This document shows positions 29,001 to 37,142 of a DNA stretch of 64,000 nucleotides, in pieces. Position numbers and translations under genes: made by a program. Under the pieces are notes generated by a model. That model did no database searches. It was not told where the DNA came from and worked only from the letters and a program-made list of their open reading frames with translations. Source of the stretch: a bacterium CG_4_10_14_0_2_um_filter_33_32 (lineage in GTDB: Bacteria > Patescibacteriota > CPR2_A > CG2-30-33-46); assembly GCA_002792735.1 (NCBI GenBank), contig PFOW01000055.1, forward strand, positions 273-64,272. The letters are read 5' to 3'. How positions within the stretch are numbered: position 1 is the stretch's first letter; each line of letters opens with the position of its first letter.

Positions 29001-32000
29001 GTAGTAGACCACGTTAGACCAGAGCTTACATCAGTTGTGCCTATTGTAACTTTACCTGCCCCCTGGGTGGCGCCAAAGTGATTTCCTGAAATTGTTATAG
29101 AATCTCCTACGCGCGCTTCTGAATTTACAGAAGTAATCTGTGGTAAAATCAAAATTGTTTTATCGGTATTTGATGTTTTAGTATCATCCCTGGTTACTTT
29201 AACAGCAACCGTATAACCTGCATCATTTTGGATTTTAACTTGGATAGAATTAGCTCCCCACGATACATAATCACCAGAAGGAACATCAGTTGTGCCAAAG
29301 GTAACTTTACCTGTACCACGAACGGCACCAAAGTGATTACCTGTTAATGTGATCGTATCACCTACCCTTCCTTCTGTTACACTTATACTGGAAAGTTGAG
29401 GAAGAATAAGTAACGTCACATCATTATTACTTGTTTTTAAATCACTATGTCTTGTTGCAACAACTGCTACAGTTGTTCCTGAATCATTGGGAACAGTGGC
29501 AGTAATAGAAGTTTCTGACCATGTACCAATAGTGCCGTCTGTAGAACCGAAAGTTATTTTACTACTAGCACCCTGATTGCCAAAATGATCTCCGGATACT
29601 GTTACAGAACCGCCTACACGAGATTCAGAAGTAACAGAAGTGACTCTTGGTAAAATTAACATTGTCTTATCATTATTAGAATCTTTTAAATCACTATGCC
29701 GTCTTGCAACAACAGCTACGGTATAACTAGGATCATTAGGAACAGTAGCAGTTATAGACCCTTCATTCCAAGTACCTATACCTGCAACAGTAGAGCCTAC
29801 CGTTACCTGGCTTGAAGCACCCTGAGTGCCAAAGTGGTCTCCGGTTAAAGTAATAGTACCTCCTACGCGAGCCTCAGCAGTAACACTGGCAATTCGAGGC
29901 AAAAGGAGAATACTCTTGTCAGTGTTGGATGATTTAGTATCATCTCTGGTTACTTTCACTGCTACCGTATAACCAGAGTCATTTTGAACTTTTACTTGTA
30001 TAGAAGAATCGCCCCAAGAAACATGATCTCCTGCAGGCGCATTAGTTGAACCAAAAGTTACATAACCTGCACCACGAACTGCGCCAAAATGATTTCCAGA
30101 AATAGTTATAGTATCACCAACTCTAGCTTCTGTTACGGATATGCCGGTAACTTGAGGCATAATACTTACGGTTTTATCATTATTAGAAGTTTTTAAGTCT
30201 CCATCTCTTGTTGTTACAACAGCTATTGTTCCGCCTGAATCATTGGGAACTTTTACCTGAAGAGAATTATCTCCCCAAGATACATAATCGCCTCCTGCAA
30301 CATCAGTTGTCCCCATAGTTACTTTTCCATTAGTTCCTTTAGCTGCGCCAAAGTGATTACCTGCAATAGTTACAGTATCACCAACTAGAACATCAGTTGG
30401 AACAATAGACGTTATCTGGGGAAGTATAAGTATCGTTTTATCTGTATTAGATATCTTTGTATCATCCCTGGTTACTTTAATAGCTAGATTGTAAGAAGAA
30501 TCATTTTGAATTTTAACTTGAATAGTTCCGGCATTCCAAGATACATAATCGCCGGATGGAGCAATTATAGAACCAAAAGTAACCGTACCTGCGCCCCGCA
30601 CTGCGCCAAAGTGATTTCCGTTAACTGTAATAGTATCACCCACCCTTCCTTCAGTCTGAGTAATAGAAGTGATTTGGGGCAAAATAGTAAATGTTATATT
30701 GTTATTTGAGGTATCACCACCATTTCTAGTTACTTGAACAGCAACTGTTGTAGCAGCATCATTCGGTACTGTAACTGTTATTGAAGTATCTCCCCATAAG
30801 GTTACTGGTGCTGAAGTTGAGCCGAGCATAACGCTTCCTGTTCCTTGGACTCCCCCAAAATGATCTCCCTGAATAGTAAGCAAATCACCCACCCTGCCTT
30901 CTGTAGGCGATAGTGAAGTGGTAACTCTTGGCAAAATCTTAAAAGCATAACTGTTTGAAGTTTTGGAATCAGAAGACCTTGTTACAACAAAATTTAAAGA
31001 CTGTCCAGAACTTATGGTAGCCGGAATAGTAAAGTTTGAGATCGAAGTATCAGCATAAGTAACCCCCGTAGATGAATTCTGTCCATCTAGTGTTATTGCC
31101 CCGGCAGGACCAAAGTGATCGCCGTTTATAACAACAACATCTCCAATTCTAGCACCTGTGCCTGTTACCGGATTAGTTGAAGTAATCCTTGGCAATATCT
31201 TAAACGTGATACCGTTTGATGTTTTAGTGCCATAAGTCGCATTAGTGGTTATAGTTACTGACCCATCTATTGTTCCAGTAAGAGGTATTGCAACTCCTGT
31301 TATTGAAGTATCGCCCCATGTTCCAGTGGCTGACGCGCCGTTTATGGAGATTGTTCCGGCAGATACACCTAAATGATTACCGTTAATTGTAATAGTATCA
31401 CCCACTCTTGCTTCTGTTACTGACAGAGAAGTGATCTGCGGCAAAACAGTAAAACCATAAACCGGCGAATTTTGAACTGCCCCAACCGTAATAGACATCC
31501 CGCCGGTATTTATAGTGGCATCAGAAGGAACCGATACTCCAGAGATTGAAGTGTTTGTCCAAGTAACACCAGGGGTAGATTCAGTAATTGCAGTTCCGTT
31601 ATTATTAATGTAAAGGGTTCCTGCTGTTCCAAAACCATATCCGGAAATTGTTATAGTTGCTCCCTGAAGAGCCTCTGTTGGTGTTGGCGCAATGATTTTA
31701 GGCCGCACAGTAAATGAACTTGCATAAGTAATTGCTGTTGCTCCAAATATAGCGTCTGTAATTGTTAAATTAACATTCCAGACTCCCCCGTAAGCAGCTG
31801 TTGGACCAGGCGTTGCATTATTTAAATTAAATGAACCGCCAGTAATGCTATTTTTATTAGATAAAGAAAAACTAGATCCCGTAACTGTTTGAGTGCCTAA
31901 AGTTAAGGTTACAGAAGAAACAGATTGGAAACCTGATCCGGTTAATGAAATACCTGAATATGTTGACCCTGAATCTCCGCTTGTAGTTGAAATTGCCGTA

Positions 32001-33271
32001 ACTTTTGGCAAAATTTGGAAGTTTTGGTTATTATTGGAAGTTTTGGTTATGGGAGCTGTTATTGAGACGATAACTGTTCCAGAAATTGTATCCGGCACTG
32101 TAAAGGTAACTGAAGTTTCAGTGCTGCCTCCTCCAATTGTTGCTGATACTCCATTAATTGTCATAGTCCTTGTTGTGCCTAAATGATCTCCTGTGATTGT
32201 GGCTGTAACATCCCCCACTGTTTTACCAGCACCAACCCCTGTTATATTTGGATAAACATAAAAAGTCAGAAGCGAGGTATCTGCTACACCTCCAGCCGTT
32301 ACTAAAAGACCATTATTAGTTACACCACCATAAGACATACAAGCAGCCGGTATAGTAAAAACAATTTGTGTATCACTCCAAGAACTTATATCTGCATCCG
32401 GTATTTGATACCCACCAGAACCTCCGATTTTTATATTATCAGTAACCGTTGATCGATTTCCTGCCCCAGGATCAGCACCAAAACCAGTTCCTGTAATTGT
32501 TATTTGCTGTAAGGAACGACCTCCGTCGGTTATTGTCCCATCAGTATTATTTGTAAAAGATGTTGCATCTGGATTAGCAACTGCCAAAGTATAATCAATA
32601 GCAAAAACAAGGGTATCCATTCTTACTTCGGTTGATGCAGAATTGTTATTCCCAGAATTAACATCAGAGCGCATCCTTATAGTTACGTTTATATTAGAAG
32701 CCTGATAAGCAGAACTTACTGTTTTTGCTCCATCAACATCTCTAGTAACCCAAGAACTTGAAGTCGGATCAAATTCTGTTTCTAAGTCAACTAAGCCATC
32801 AAACACACCTGTTGTATCGACACCATCATAAATTTTCAGGCCTACTGATTGAGTTGATGCATGTGTTTCTTGAAAAAGCTTAACATCAAAGCTTCCATTA
32901 ACATTATTTACAGTAGCACCTGCGGGTACTCCCATATCTTCCCATGTAAGAGTCTTTTTAAAATAACCTAAATTCTTTTTATTCCTAGCAGTAACTTTAG
33001 CAAAAAGAGAACCAGAAGGATTACCGTCTGTTCCTAAATAGCCTTGTGTACAAGTACCCGTACATGATTCATCAACATAAGTAAAACCTTCGATGCTAGT
33101 AGCAAAGTTAACCGTATAATTTTGAACTGCTGCACGAACAGGTGTTACTGATTGTCTAAACAAAAATGGTACAAAAAAAGAACCTAAAAATCCAAAAATA
33201 ATTAATAAAATCGATATTTTGGTAAAATATCTTAAAAAATGCTTTTTATTTTTCTTTATAAACAAAACCAT
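26057..33271 (-). CDS. Giant (2404 aa) surface protein with about 20 IPT/TIG Ig-like repeats and an FN3 domain
   Basis: N-terminal TM/signal; repeated ILP(Q/R/K)ITS..EARVGDTITI.G(N/D)HFG; FN3 ATINW..TITGLSPSTTYYFRVKAID. Confidence 0.88.
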   Translation of the reverse strand: MVLFIKKNKKHFLRYFTKISILLIIFGFLGSFFVPFLFRQSVTPVRAAVQNYTVNFATSIEGFTYVDESCTGTCTQGYLGTDGNPSGSLFAKVTARNKKNLGYFKKTLTWEDMGVPAGATVNNVNGSFDVKLFQETHASTQSVGLKIYDGVDTTGVFDGLVDLETEFDPTSSSWVTRDVDGAKTVSSAYQASNINVTIRMRSDVNSGNNNSASTEVRMDTLVFAIDYTLAVANPDATSFTNNTDGTITDGGRSLQQITITGTGFGADPGAGNRSTVTDNIKIGGSGGYQIPDADISSWSDTQIVFTIPAACMSYGGVTNNGLLVTAGGVADTSLLTFYVYPNITGVGAGKTVGDVTATITGDHLGTTRTMTINGVSATIGGGSTETSVTFTVPDTISGTVIVSITAPITKTSNNNQNFQILPKVTAISTTSGDSGSTYSGISLTGSGFQSVSSVTLTLGTQTVTGSSFSLSNKNSITGGSFNLNNATPGPTAAYGGVWNVNLTITDAIFGATAITYASSFTVRPKIIAPTPTEALQGATITISGYGFGTAGTLYINNNGTAITESTPGVTWTNTSISGVSVPSDATINTGGMSITVGAVQNSPVYGFTVLPQITSLSVTEARVGDTITINGNHLGVSAGTISINGASATGTWGDTSITGVAIPLTGTIDGSVTITTNATYGTKTSNGITFKILPRITSTNPVTGTGARIGDVVVINGDHFGPAGAITLDGQNSSTGVTYADTSISNFTIPATISSGQSLNFVVTRSSDSKTSNSYAFKILPRVTTSLSPTEGRVGDLLTIQGDHFGGVQGTGSVMLGSTSAPVTLWGDTSITVTVPNDAATTVAVQVTRNGGDTSNNNITFTILPQITSITQTEGRVGDTITVNGNHFGAVRGAGTVTFGSIIAPSGDYVSWNAGTIQVKIQNDSSYNLAIKVTRDDTKISNTDKTILILPQITSIVPTDVLVGDTVTIAGNHFGAAKGTNGKVTMGTTDVAGGDYVSWGDNSLQVKVPNDSGGTIAVVTTRDGDLKTSNNDKTVSIMPQVTGISVTEARVGDTITISGNHFGAVRGAGYVTFGSTNAPAGDHVSWGDSSIQVKVQNDSGYTVAVKVTRDDTKSSNTDKSILLLPRIASVTAEARVGGTITLTGDHFGTQGASSQVTVGSTVAGIGTWNEGSITATVPNDPSYTVAVVARRHSDLKDSNNDKTMLILPRVTSVTSESRVGGSVTVSGDHFGNQGASSKITFGSTDGTIGTWSETSITATVPNDSGTTVAVVATRHSDLKTSNNDVTLLILPQLSSISVTEGRVGDTITLTGNHFGAVRGTGKVTFGTTDVPSGDYVSWGANSIQVKIQNDAGYTVAVKVTRDDTKTSNTDKTILILPQITSVNSEARVGDSITISGNHFGATQGAGKVTIGTTDVSSGLTWSTTSVSLNLPNDSGITVAVVVTRDDAKTSNNNYTLIILPKVTSVTSEARVGDSITISGDHFGAVQGGGKVTVGTTDVTAGLTWGATSISFALPNDSGITVAIVVTRNDTKTSNNDKTLLILPRITSLNNAVTQNSSYQGDIITIIGDHFGSNGSVVINGESATINGSYGASGGTQITNVAVPVIPDGNEAGNIVVTRTNPAPDKNTNNWSFTCLPKITSVDVTASGYGITVENGVTGARYEDTLRINGNHFGTQGANSRIMFGSTVASIGSWLTTTIETTAPNDPGYSVSLIARRHSDSVNSNNYSFDYLPRVTGFTCSGSGCTTGVAGGFAGGGTLVAIDGDHFRPDPGAGNRSSASYNIKFNDFNGNPLLTPNGDFNGWAENQIGVYIPSGASSGPVNYAARIQVTANSKTSNLDASHTRFDIKPKITGINPNTAENSNPVTVTITGKGFQPKTASTDSRLVKTGQSDIVAANGDITVSSATSMSAAYNIVYKTIGYWKLTVTNPEGYVAEWGDGSTSGFFITASVPTVTGVDPAEGTQNDTALQLTITGDNFVNLSSPKCYLSGPTQINADTVYEDSAIQIRCVVNLSGKPTGQYSVNVKNQAGVGTLSNGFTILSNVPADPSDLIQSKTQGGAALSPESGINQTNIWFHTDMYSAVAGNLTPEVELKPNGVPFDGNGLILGSSVSYPTPKTTVDGWVQATVVNGNEYHWRIRVKNANGDSAWVNFGGDPVNSKDFYCDTVAPTITGISTSGVSDVSATINWSVNEDATKQVEYNTTGSWPGTLQPNPTSGYSVGAQAVTITGLSPSTTYYFRVKAIDKAGNEAICGNSVDSPTHCAENGSFVTLATRPLKTVELFIGQDTDTRTSGNGVPGGFAFNIYIPEGNPTIKSAFFEITGVSGTANPLVITTDIDSANQKVFNLSTGNNSYLKTYYDATSYFYGIINDSGTYPATDAYHLNIVGNGGDVSLWGAKLTLTYTYSP

Positions 33272-33335
33272 AATTTAGTTACCAACTATTGATTATTGTC
33301 ATATTTTCGTTGAATAACTCGTGACTTGTTATTAA

Positions 33336-33968
33336 TCATTTTTCTGCATTGACGGTCATACCGCCTTTATTATAGGAAATTGTCCAGAGCCATTTTTTTG
33401 CGTTGGAATCAAAACTTAAATCCATTGATTCAATTTTAAAATCTTTTTTCTCGCCAACTACAGACTCCACGCTTTTGTATACTTCCGCACTGTTTTTCCA
33501 CTCACCTTTTAACATATCTTTTATTATTGGCTTATCTTCTTCAGCTGATCTTATTTCGCCGTCTTTTACATAAATTTCATATGATTTGTCTTTATTCTTA
33601 GAATAAAACGTTAAGCCCCAGCCGGTTGCTTTCCCTTCCTTATTCACTTCACTTACCTTAGATGTAATTCTTTGGAGTTCTGCATCGGCAGACCAGACAC
33701 GTGCCTTTGTAAAGGATAAATCATATGCTTCCTTGGCTGTTGAGTCTGGGGTTATTTTTGTGAGACGGTTTTCAACCGAGTTTTTCCCTGATCTAAAACC
33801 CGAATAAAAACCAATAGTACAAGAAATAATCAAAACAATAATTAATGCAAAAATTGAAAATATATTAAATTTTGAAGTAATAATCTGTATATAGTCCGTT
33901 TTTACCATACCAGAATCTTTTTGTACTAAGTCTATTTTTTTACTTCTTCTAATTTTAATATCTTCCAT
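33336..33968 (-). CDS. Single-TM hypothetical protein (paralog of 33970-34572)
   Basis: TAKEAY..KARVWSADAEL..GKATGWGLTFYS..LKGEWKNS..KWLWTISYNKG. Confidence 0.75.
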   Translation of the reverse strand: MEDIKIRRSKKIDLVQKDSGMVKTDYIQIITSKFNIFSIFALIIVLIISCTIGFYSGFRSGKNSVENRLTKITPDSTAKEAYDLSFTKARVWSADAELQRITSKVSEVNKEGKATGWGLTFYSKNKDKSYEIYVKDGEIRSAEEDKPIIKDMLKGEWKNSAEVYKSVESVVGEKKDFKIESMDLSFDSNAKKWLWTISYNKGGMTVNAEK

Positions 33969-33969
33969 C

Positions 33970-34572
33970 TTATTTCTCCGCTATTACGGTTATATTTCCT
34001 TTTTTATAATTTACAGACCAAATCCATTTATGTTCGTTTTTGAAATAACTAAGATTCAGATCTTTTATATCAGGTGATTCATCCCCTGAAGAATTTAAAA
34101 CTCTTTCTAAAACTATGGGAGAATCTAGCCATGCTCCCTTTAAAGTGTCAGTAACCGCTAGAGCGATACCTTGCGAACTTGCAATATTGCCGTCTTTAAT
34201 CAAAACCTTATATCCGCTTTTTGATTTTACTGAATAAAAAGCCATTTCCCAGCTTGAGGATTTACCGTCATTATCAACACTTGGGGCAATAAGCCTAATT
34301 GAAGCTAAGCCGGCATCATCCTGCCAAGCCTTTGCCTTTACCATGGCTACTTTATAAGCTTCATTGGCCGTTAAAAGAGTATCCGAGATATCAAATATTT
34401 TTTTTACGTCACCTTGGCCTTTTTGCAAACCGAAACTATAACCGGCTAATAATCCGGAAGTAATGCCCAAGAAAACAATGGCAACCGTATAAATTATCAG
34501 CACTTTTTTGTTAATAGAAAAAGCCTTGTCTTGGTTATTTAAACCCTGATTTTGATTATTTTTAGTTACCAC
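33970..34572 (-). CDS. Single-TM hypothetical protein (paralog of 33336-33968)
   Basis: TANEAY..KAKAWQDDAGL..GKSSSWEMAFYS..LKGAWLDS..KWIWSVNYKKG. Confidence 0.75.
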   Translation of the reverse strand: MVTKNNQNQGLNNQDKAFSINKKVLIIYTVAIVFLGITSGLLAGYSFGLQKGQGDVKKIFDISDTLLTANEAYKVAMVKAKAWQDDAGLASIRLIAPSVDNDGKSSSWEMAFYSVKSKSGYKVLIKDGNIASSQGIALAVTDTLKGAWLDSPIVLERVLNSSGDESPDIKDLNLSYFKNEHKWIWSVNYKKGNITVIAEK

Positions 34573-34655
34573 CTGCCGCCCTATTTTATCTTTATTATTA
34601 TACCACGATTATTGCTTTACAAGCAATAATAATAATCCAATAAACCCACCCCCAC

Positions 34656-34706
34656 TCAATCCCACCCCAGGGGTGGACACGTTTACCACCCCTGGGGTGG
34701 GATTGA
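34656..34706. repeat. REP-like perfect 21-bp inverted repeat (left of RAYT)
   Basis: TCAATCCCACCCCAGGGGTGG-acacgttta-CCACCCCTGGGGTGGGATTGA. Confidence 0.9.
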
Positions 34707-34737
34707 CGAAACACGCTACTTGCACTATTCTAAGAAT

Positions 34738-35406
34738 ATGCCGCGTAGAAAAACCATCTTTATAAATAACGGGATTTATCATGTTCTAAATAAAGGCGTA
34801 AATAGCGCACCTATATTTTTGAATAATAATGACCATCAAAGATTCTTAGATATAGTCAATCTATGTAGATATAATCCCCAAATAAAATTTTCACTATATA
34901 ATCGTCTACATAAACAAGAAAAAAACGAATTTTTGGATAATTTAAAAAAGAAACACGAACCTATTATAGATATTTTAGCTTTTAGCCTAATGCCTAATCA
35001 CTTTCATCTCTTATTAAAACAACTCCAAGACAAAGGTATACAGATTTTTTTAGGAAACCTTCAAAATAGCTATGCCAAGTATTTTAATATAAAAAATAAA
35101 AGAACAGGACCTCTTTTCCAATCTGCTTTTAAATCAATAGATATAGAAACAGACGAACAACTTATCCATGTCTCAAGATATATACACTTAAACCCTGTAT
35201 CCTCTTACATAATAGATATTGAAAACTTAGAAAATTACAAATGGTCTTCTTTCGGCAATTATTTAAATGATAAAAAATATGAGTTCGTAGCCTCTGCAAC
35301 AATTCTAGGATACTTCAAGACGCAGAGTAAATACAGAAAATTTGTCTTTGACCAAGCTGATTACCAAAGAGAACTAGAAGAAATAAAACACTTAGCAATA
35401 GAATAA
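34738..35406 (+). CDS. REP-associated tyrosine transposase (RAYT, Y1 HUH family)
   Basis: YHVLNKG, MPNHFHLLL (HUH), RYIHLNP, YKWSS; ATG 34738 follows TTGACG-17-TATTCT; flanked by REP hairpins. Confidence 0.88.
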   Translation: MPRRKTIFINNGIYHVLNKGVNSAPIFLNNNDHQRFLDIVNLCRYNPQIKFSLYNRLHKQEKNEFLDNLKKKHEPIIDILAFSLMPNHFHLLLKQLQDKGIQIFLGNLQNSYAKYFNIKNKRTGPLFQSAFKSIDIETDEQLIHVSRYIHLNPVSSYIIDIENLENYKWSSFGNYLNDKKYEFVASATILGYFKTQSKYRKFVFDQADYQRELEEIKHLAIE

Positions 35407-35421
35407 ACGTTATACCGTGTA

Positions 35422-35459
35422 CACCCCAGGGGTGAACACGTTCACCACCCCTGGGGTGG
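35422..35459. repeat. REP-like hairpin (right of RAYT), near-direct copy of the left one
   Basis: CACCCCAGGGGTGaacacgttcacCACCCCTGGGGTGG. Confidence 0.9.
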
Positions 35460-35461
35460 AA

Positions 35462-36262
35462 TTATATATTGAAAAGTTTTTTAGCGTTTTTGGTGGTTAT
35501 GTTAGCTACTTCCTCAAAAGAAATATTTTTGATACTGGCTATTTCTTTTGCTATCTCTTTTACATAAATCGGCTCATTTCTTTGCCCCCGACATGCCTGA
35601 GGCGCTAAAAACGGTGCATCTGTTTCAATCAGAATTTTATCCAACGGAATTTTTTTTACTACTTTTTGTAGATCATCAGTTTTAGAATAAGTAATAATGC
35701 CTGTAAACCCTATATAAAATCCTAACTCAATTACTTTTTGGGCAAATTTTAAGCTTCCGGTAAAACAGTGAACTACCCCTTTTTTAGATAATTTTTTACT
35801 GTATTCCGTTAATATTGCAGCAGTCTCTTTGTCTGCTTCACGAGAATGAATTATTACAGGTAAATCAACGCTACAAGCAAAACTCAAAAATGACTTAAAA
35901 ATTTCTTGAGCCTTATTTCTGTTTTCTTTAGTATCAGGATTTATTCCGGTTCTAAAATAATAATTGTCCAAGCCTATTTCTCCAATAGCTGCTACCTTTG
36001 GATTATCGGCTAAGGTTTCAAATTTTTTGACTTCTTCTTGAATGTTTTCTATCTCAGTTAAATGATCCGGATGAAAACCAATTGCCGCATAAACCCCCTT
36101 AAATTTTTCTGCAATATTTAAAGCTTCTTTAGAATTATCAAATCTAGAACCAATATTAATTATTGCTTCGATCTCGTTTTGAAAGCTCTTTTCTATTACA
36201 TCCGAATAATCTTTCTTGAATGCCTCAAAATTAAGATGCGCATGTGTGTCGATAAATTTCAT
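35462..36262 (-). CDS. tatD: TatD family DNase
   Basis: IDTHAHL, GFHP, IGEIGLD, IIHSRE, VHCFTG, ETDAPFLAP. Confidence 0.95.
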   Translation of the reverse strand: MKFIDTHAHLNFEAFKKDYSDVIEKSFQNEIEAIINIGSRFDNSKEALNIAEKFKGVYAAIGFHPDHLTEIENIQEEVKKFETLADNPKVAAIGEIGLDNYYFRTGINPDTKENRNKAQEIFKSFLSFACSVDLPVIIHSREADKETAAILTEYSKKLSKKGVVHCFTGSLKFAQKVIELGFYIGFTGIITYSKTDDLQKVVKKIPLDKILIETDAPFLAPQACRGQRNEPIYVKEIAKEIASIKNISFEEVANITTKNAKKLFNI

Positions 36263-36264
36263 AT

Positions 36265-37059
36265 TTAATAACTATACTCGGATTGATTCCGTTTCTCTAG
36301 ATATTCGAATATTCTATATAAAATAGACAGCGACTTGTCTCTTATAAAGGCGAGAATTTCATTTTCATTAAAAGGAGTGTAGCCAAAGCGCATATCGCTT
36401 AATACAGGGCTTTCGTTTTTGTCATTACTTTGAAAAATAATTTCTACCATCATATATTTACTTTTTATTTTGGGAATCCCTGAATTATCTACCTGATCGC
36501 ATCTTATGGGATAATATTCAGACCAAGGTATTTCCTCCCATGATTTTGGATTATCATCATTAGAAACTTTAATTCTATATACAATCGATGCTCCCTTTGG
36601 AACTTTAGCCCGCCATTCAACATTTTTCCAGGATACCAAACCTCCTAAGAACGCCTTTTTACCAATCAATCCAATCGGCCTTTCTTTATCTTCTATTTCC
36701 AAACTACCTTTATTAGAAATTTTTATATTAGATATACTGTCTAGATTAGATTTTGTGTTACCTTCTACATCATTACCTATTATTGTTAATTCATTTTTTA
36801 GGATTCTATCAATATCTTTTGAAGCTTTGTAAATCAAAAATGAAGAATAGGATAGAAAAAACAATAAACCTATCAAAATTATCCAATGCATGATAGAAGC
36901 AACTGGCAACATATGCCAATAATAATACCATTTATATTTTTCTCGATATTTAAAGTGAAGGGGCTCTAATCTCTTTATTGATGTTTTAGTGCTTCTATGA
37001 ATATCTTCAGCTTGCCTATCCAGTTTTTTTCTATTTTTTTTTAGATCTTCATCGTTCAT
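36265..37059 (-). CDS. Membrane-anchored hypothetical protein with C-terminal beta-rich domain
   Basis: KYKWYYYWH..HWIIL TM anchor; WKNVEW..PKGASIVY..KYMMVEI..SPVLSD resembles the C-domain of 25190-26032. Confidence 0.7.
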   Translation of the reverse strand: MNDEDLKKNRKKLDRQAEDIHRSTKTSIKRLEPLHFKYREKYKWYYYWHMLPVASIMHWIILIGLLFFLSYSSFLIYKASKDIDRILKNELTIIGNDVEGNTKSNLDSISNIKISNKGSLEIEDKERPIGLIGKKAFLGGLVSWKNVEWRAKVPKGASIVYRIKVSNDDNPKSWEEIPWSEYYPIRCDQVDNSGIPKIKSKYMMVEIIFQSNDKNESPVLSDMRFGYTPFNENEILAFIRDKSLSILYRIFEYLEKRNQSEYSY

Positions 37060-37101
37060 ATTCTTAATATAAATTATTTAGTAAAAAAAGACAGATTTTT
37101 G

Positions 37102-37119
37102 TTATCCACTTTATCCACA
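37102..37119 (+). promoter_or_regulatory. Tandem DnaA-box-like sites
   Basis: TTATCCACT then TTATCCACA, abutting and intergenic. Confidence 0.5.
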
Positions 37120-37142
37120 GTAATTTTCATTTTCTACTGCTG

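Noticed and set aside
28600..30700. DNA repeats as a possible CRISPR array or DGR template/variable pair
   Set aside because: They are in-frame IPT domain duplications; no spacers, cas genes or reverse transcriptase, and I saw no adenine-specific mismatch pattern
35417..35608. 63-aa ORF MYTPGVNTFTTPGVE
   Set aside because: Translation of the REP hairpin running antisense into tatD
37060..37142. Replication origin
   Set aside because: Only two DnaA boxes, no dnaA/dnaN, no change in gene orientation
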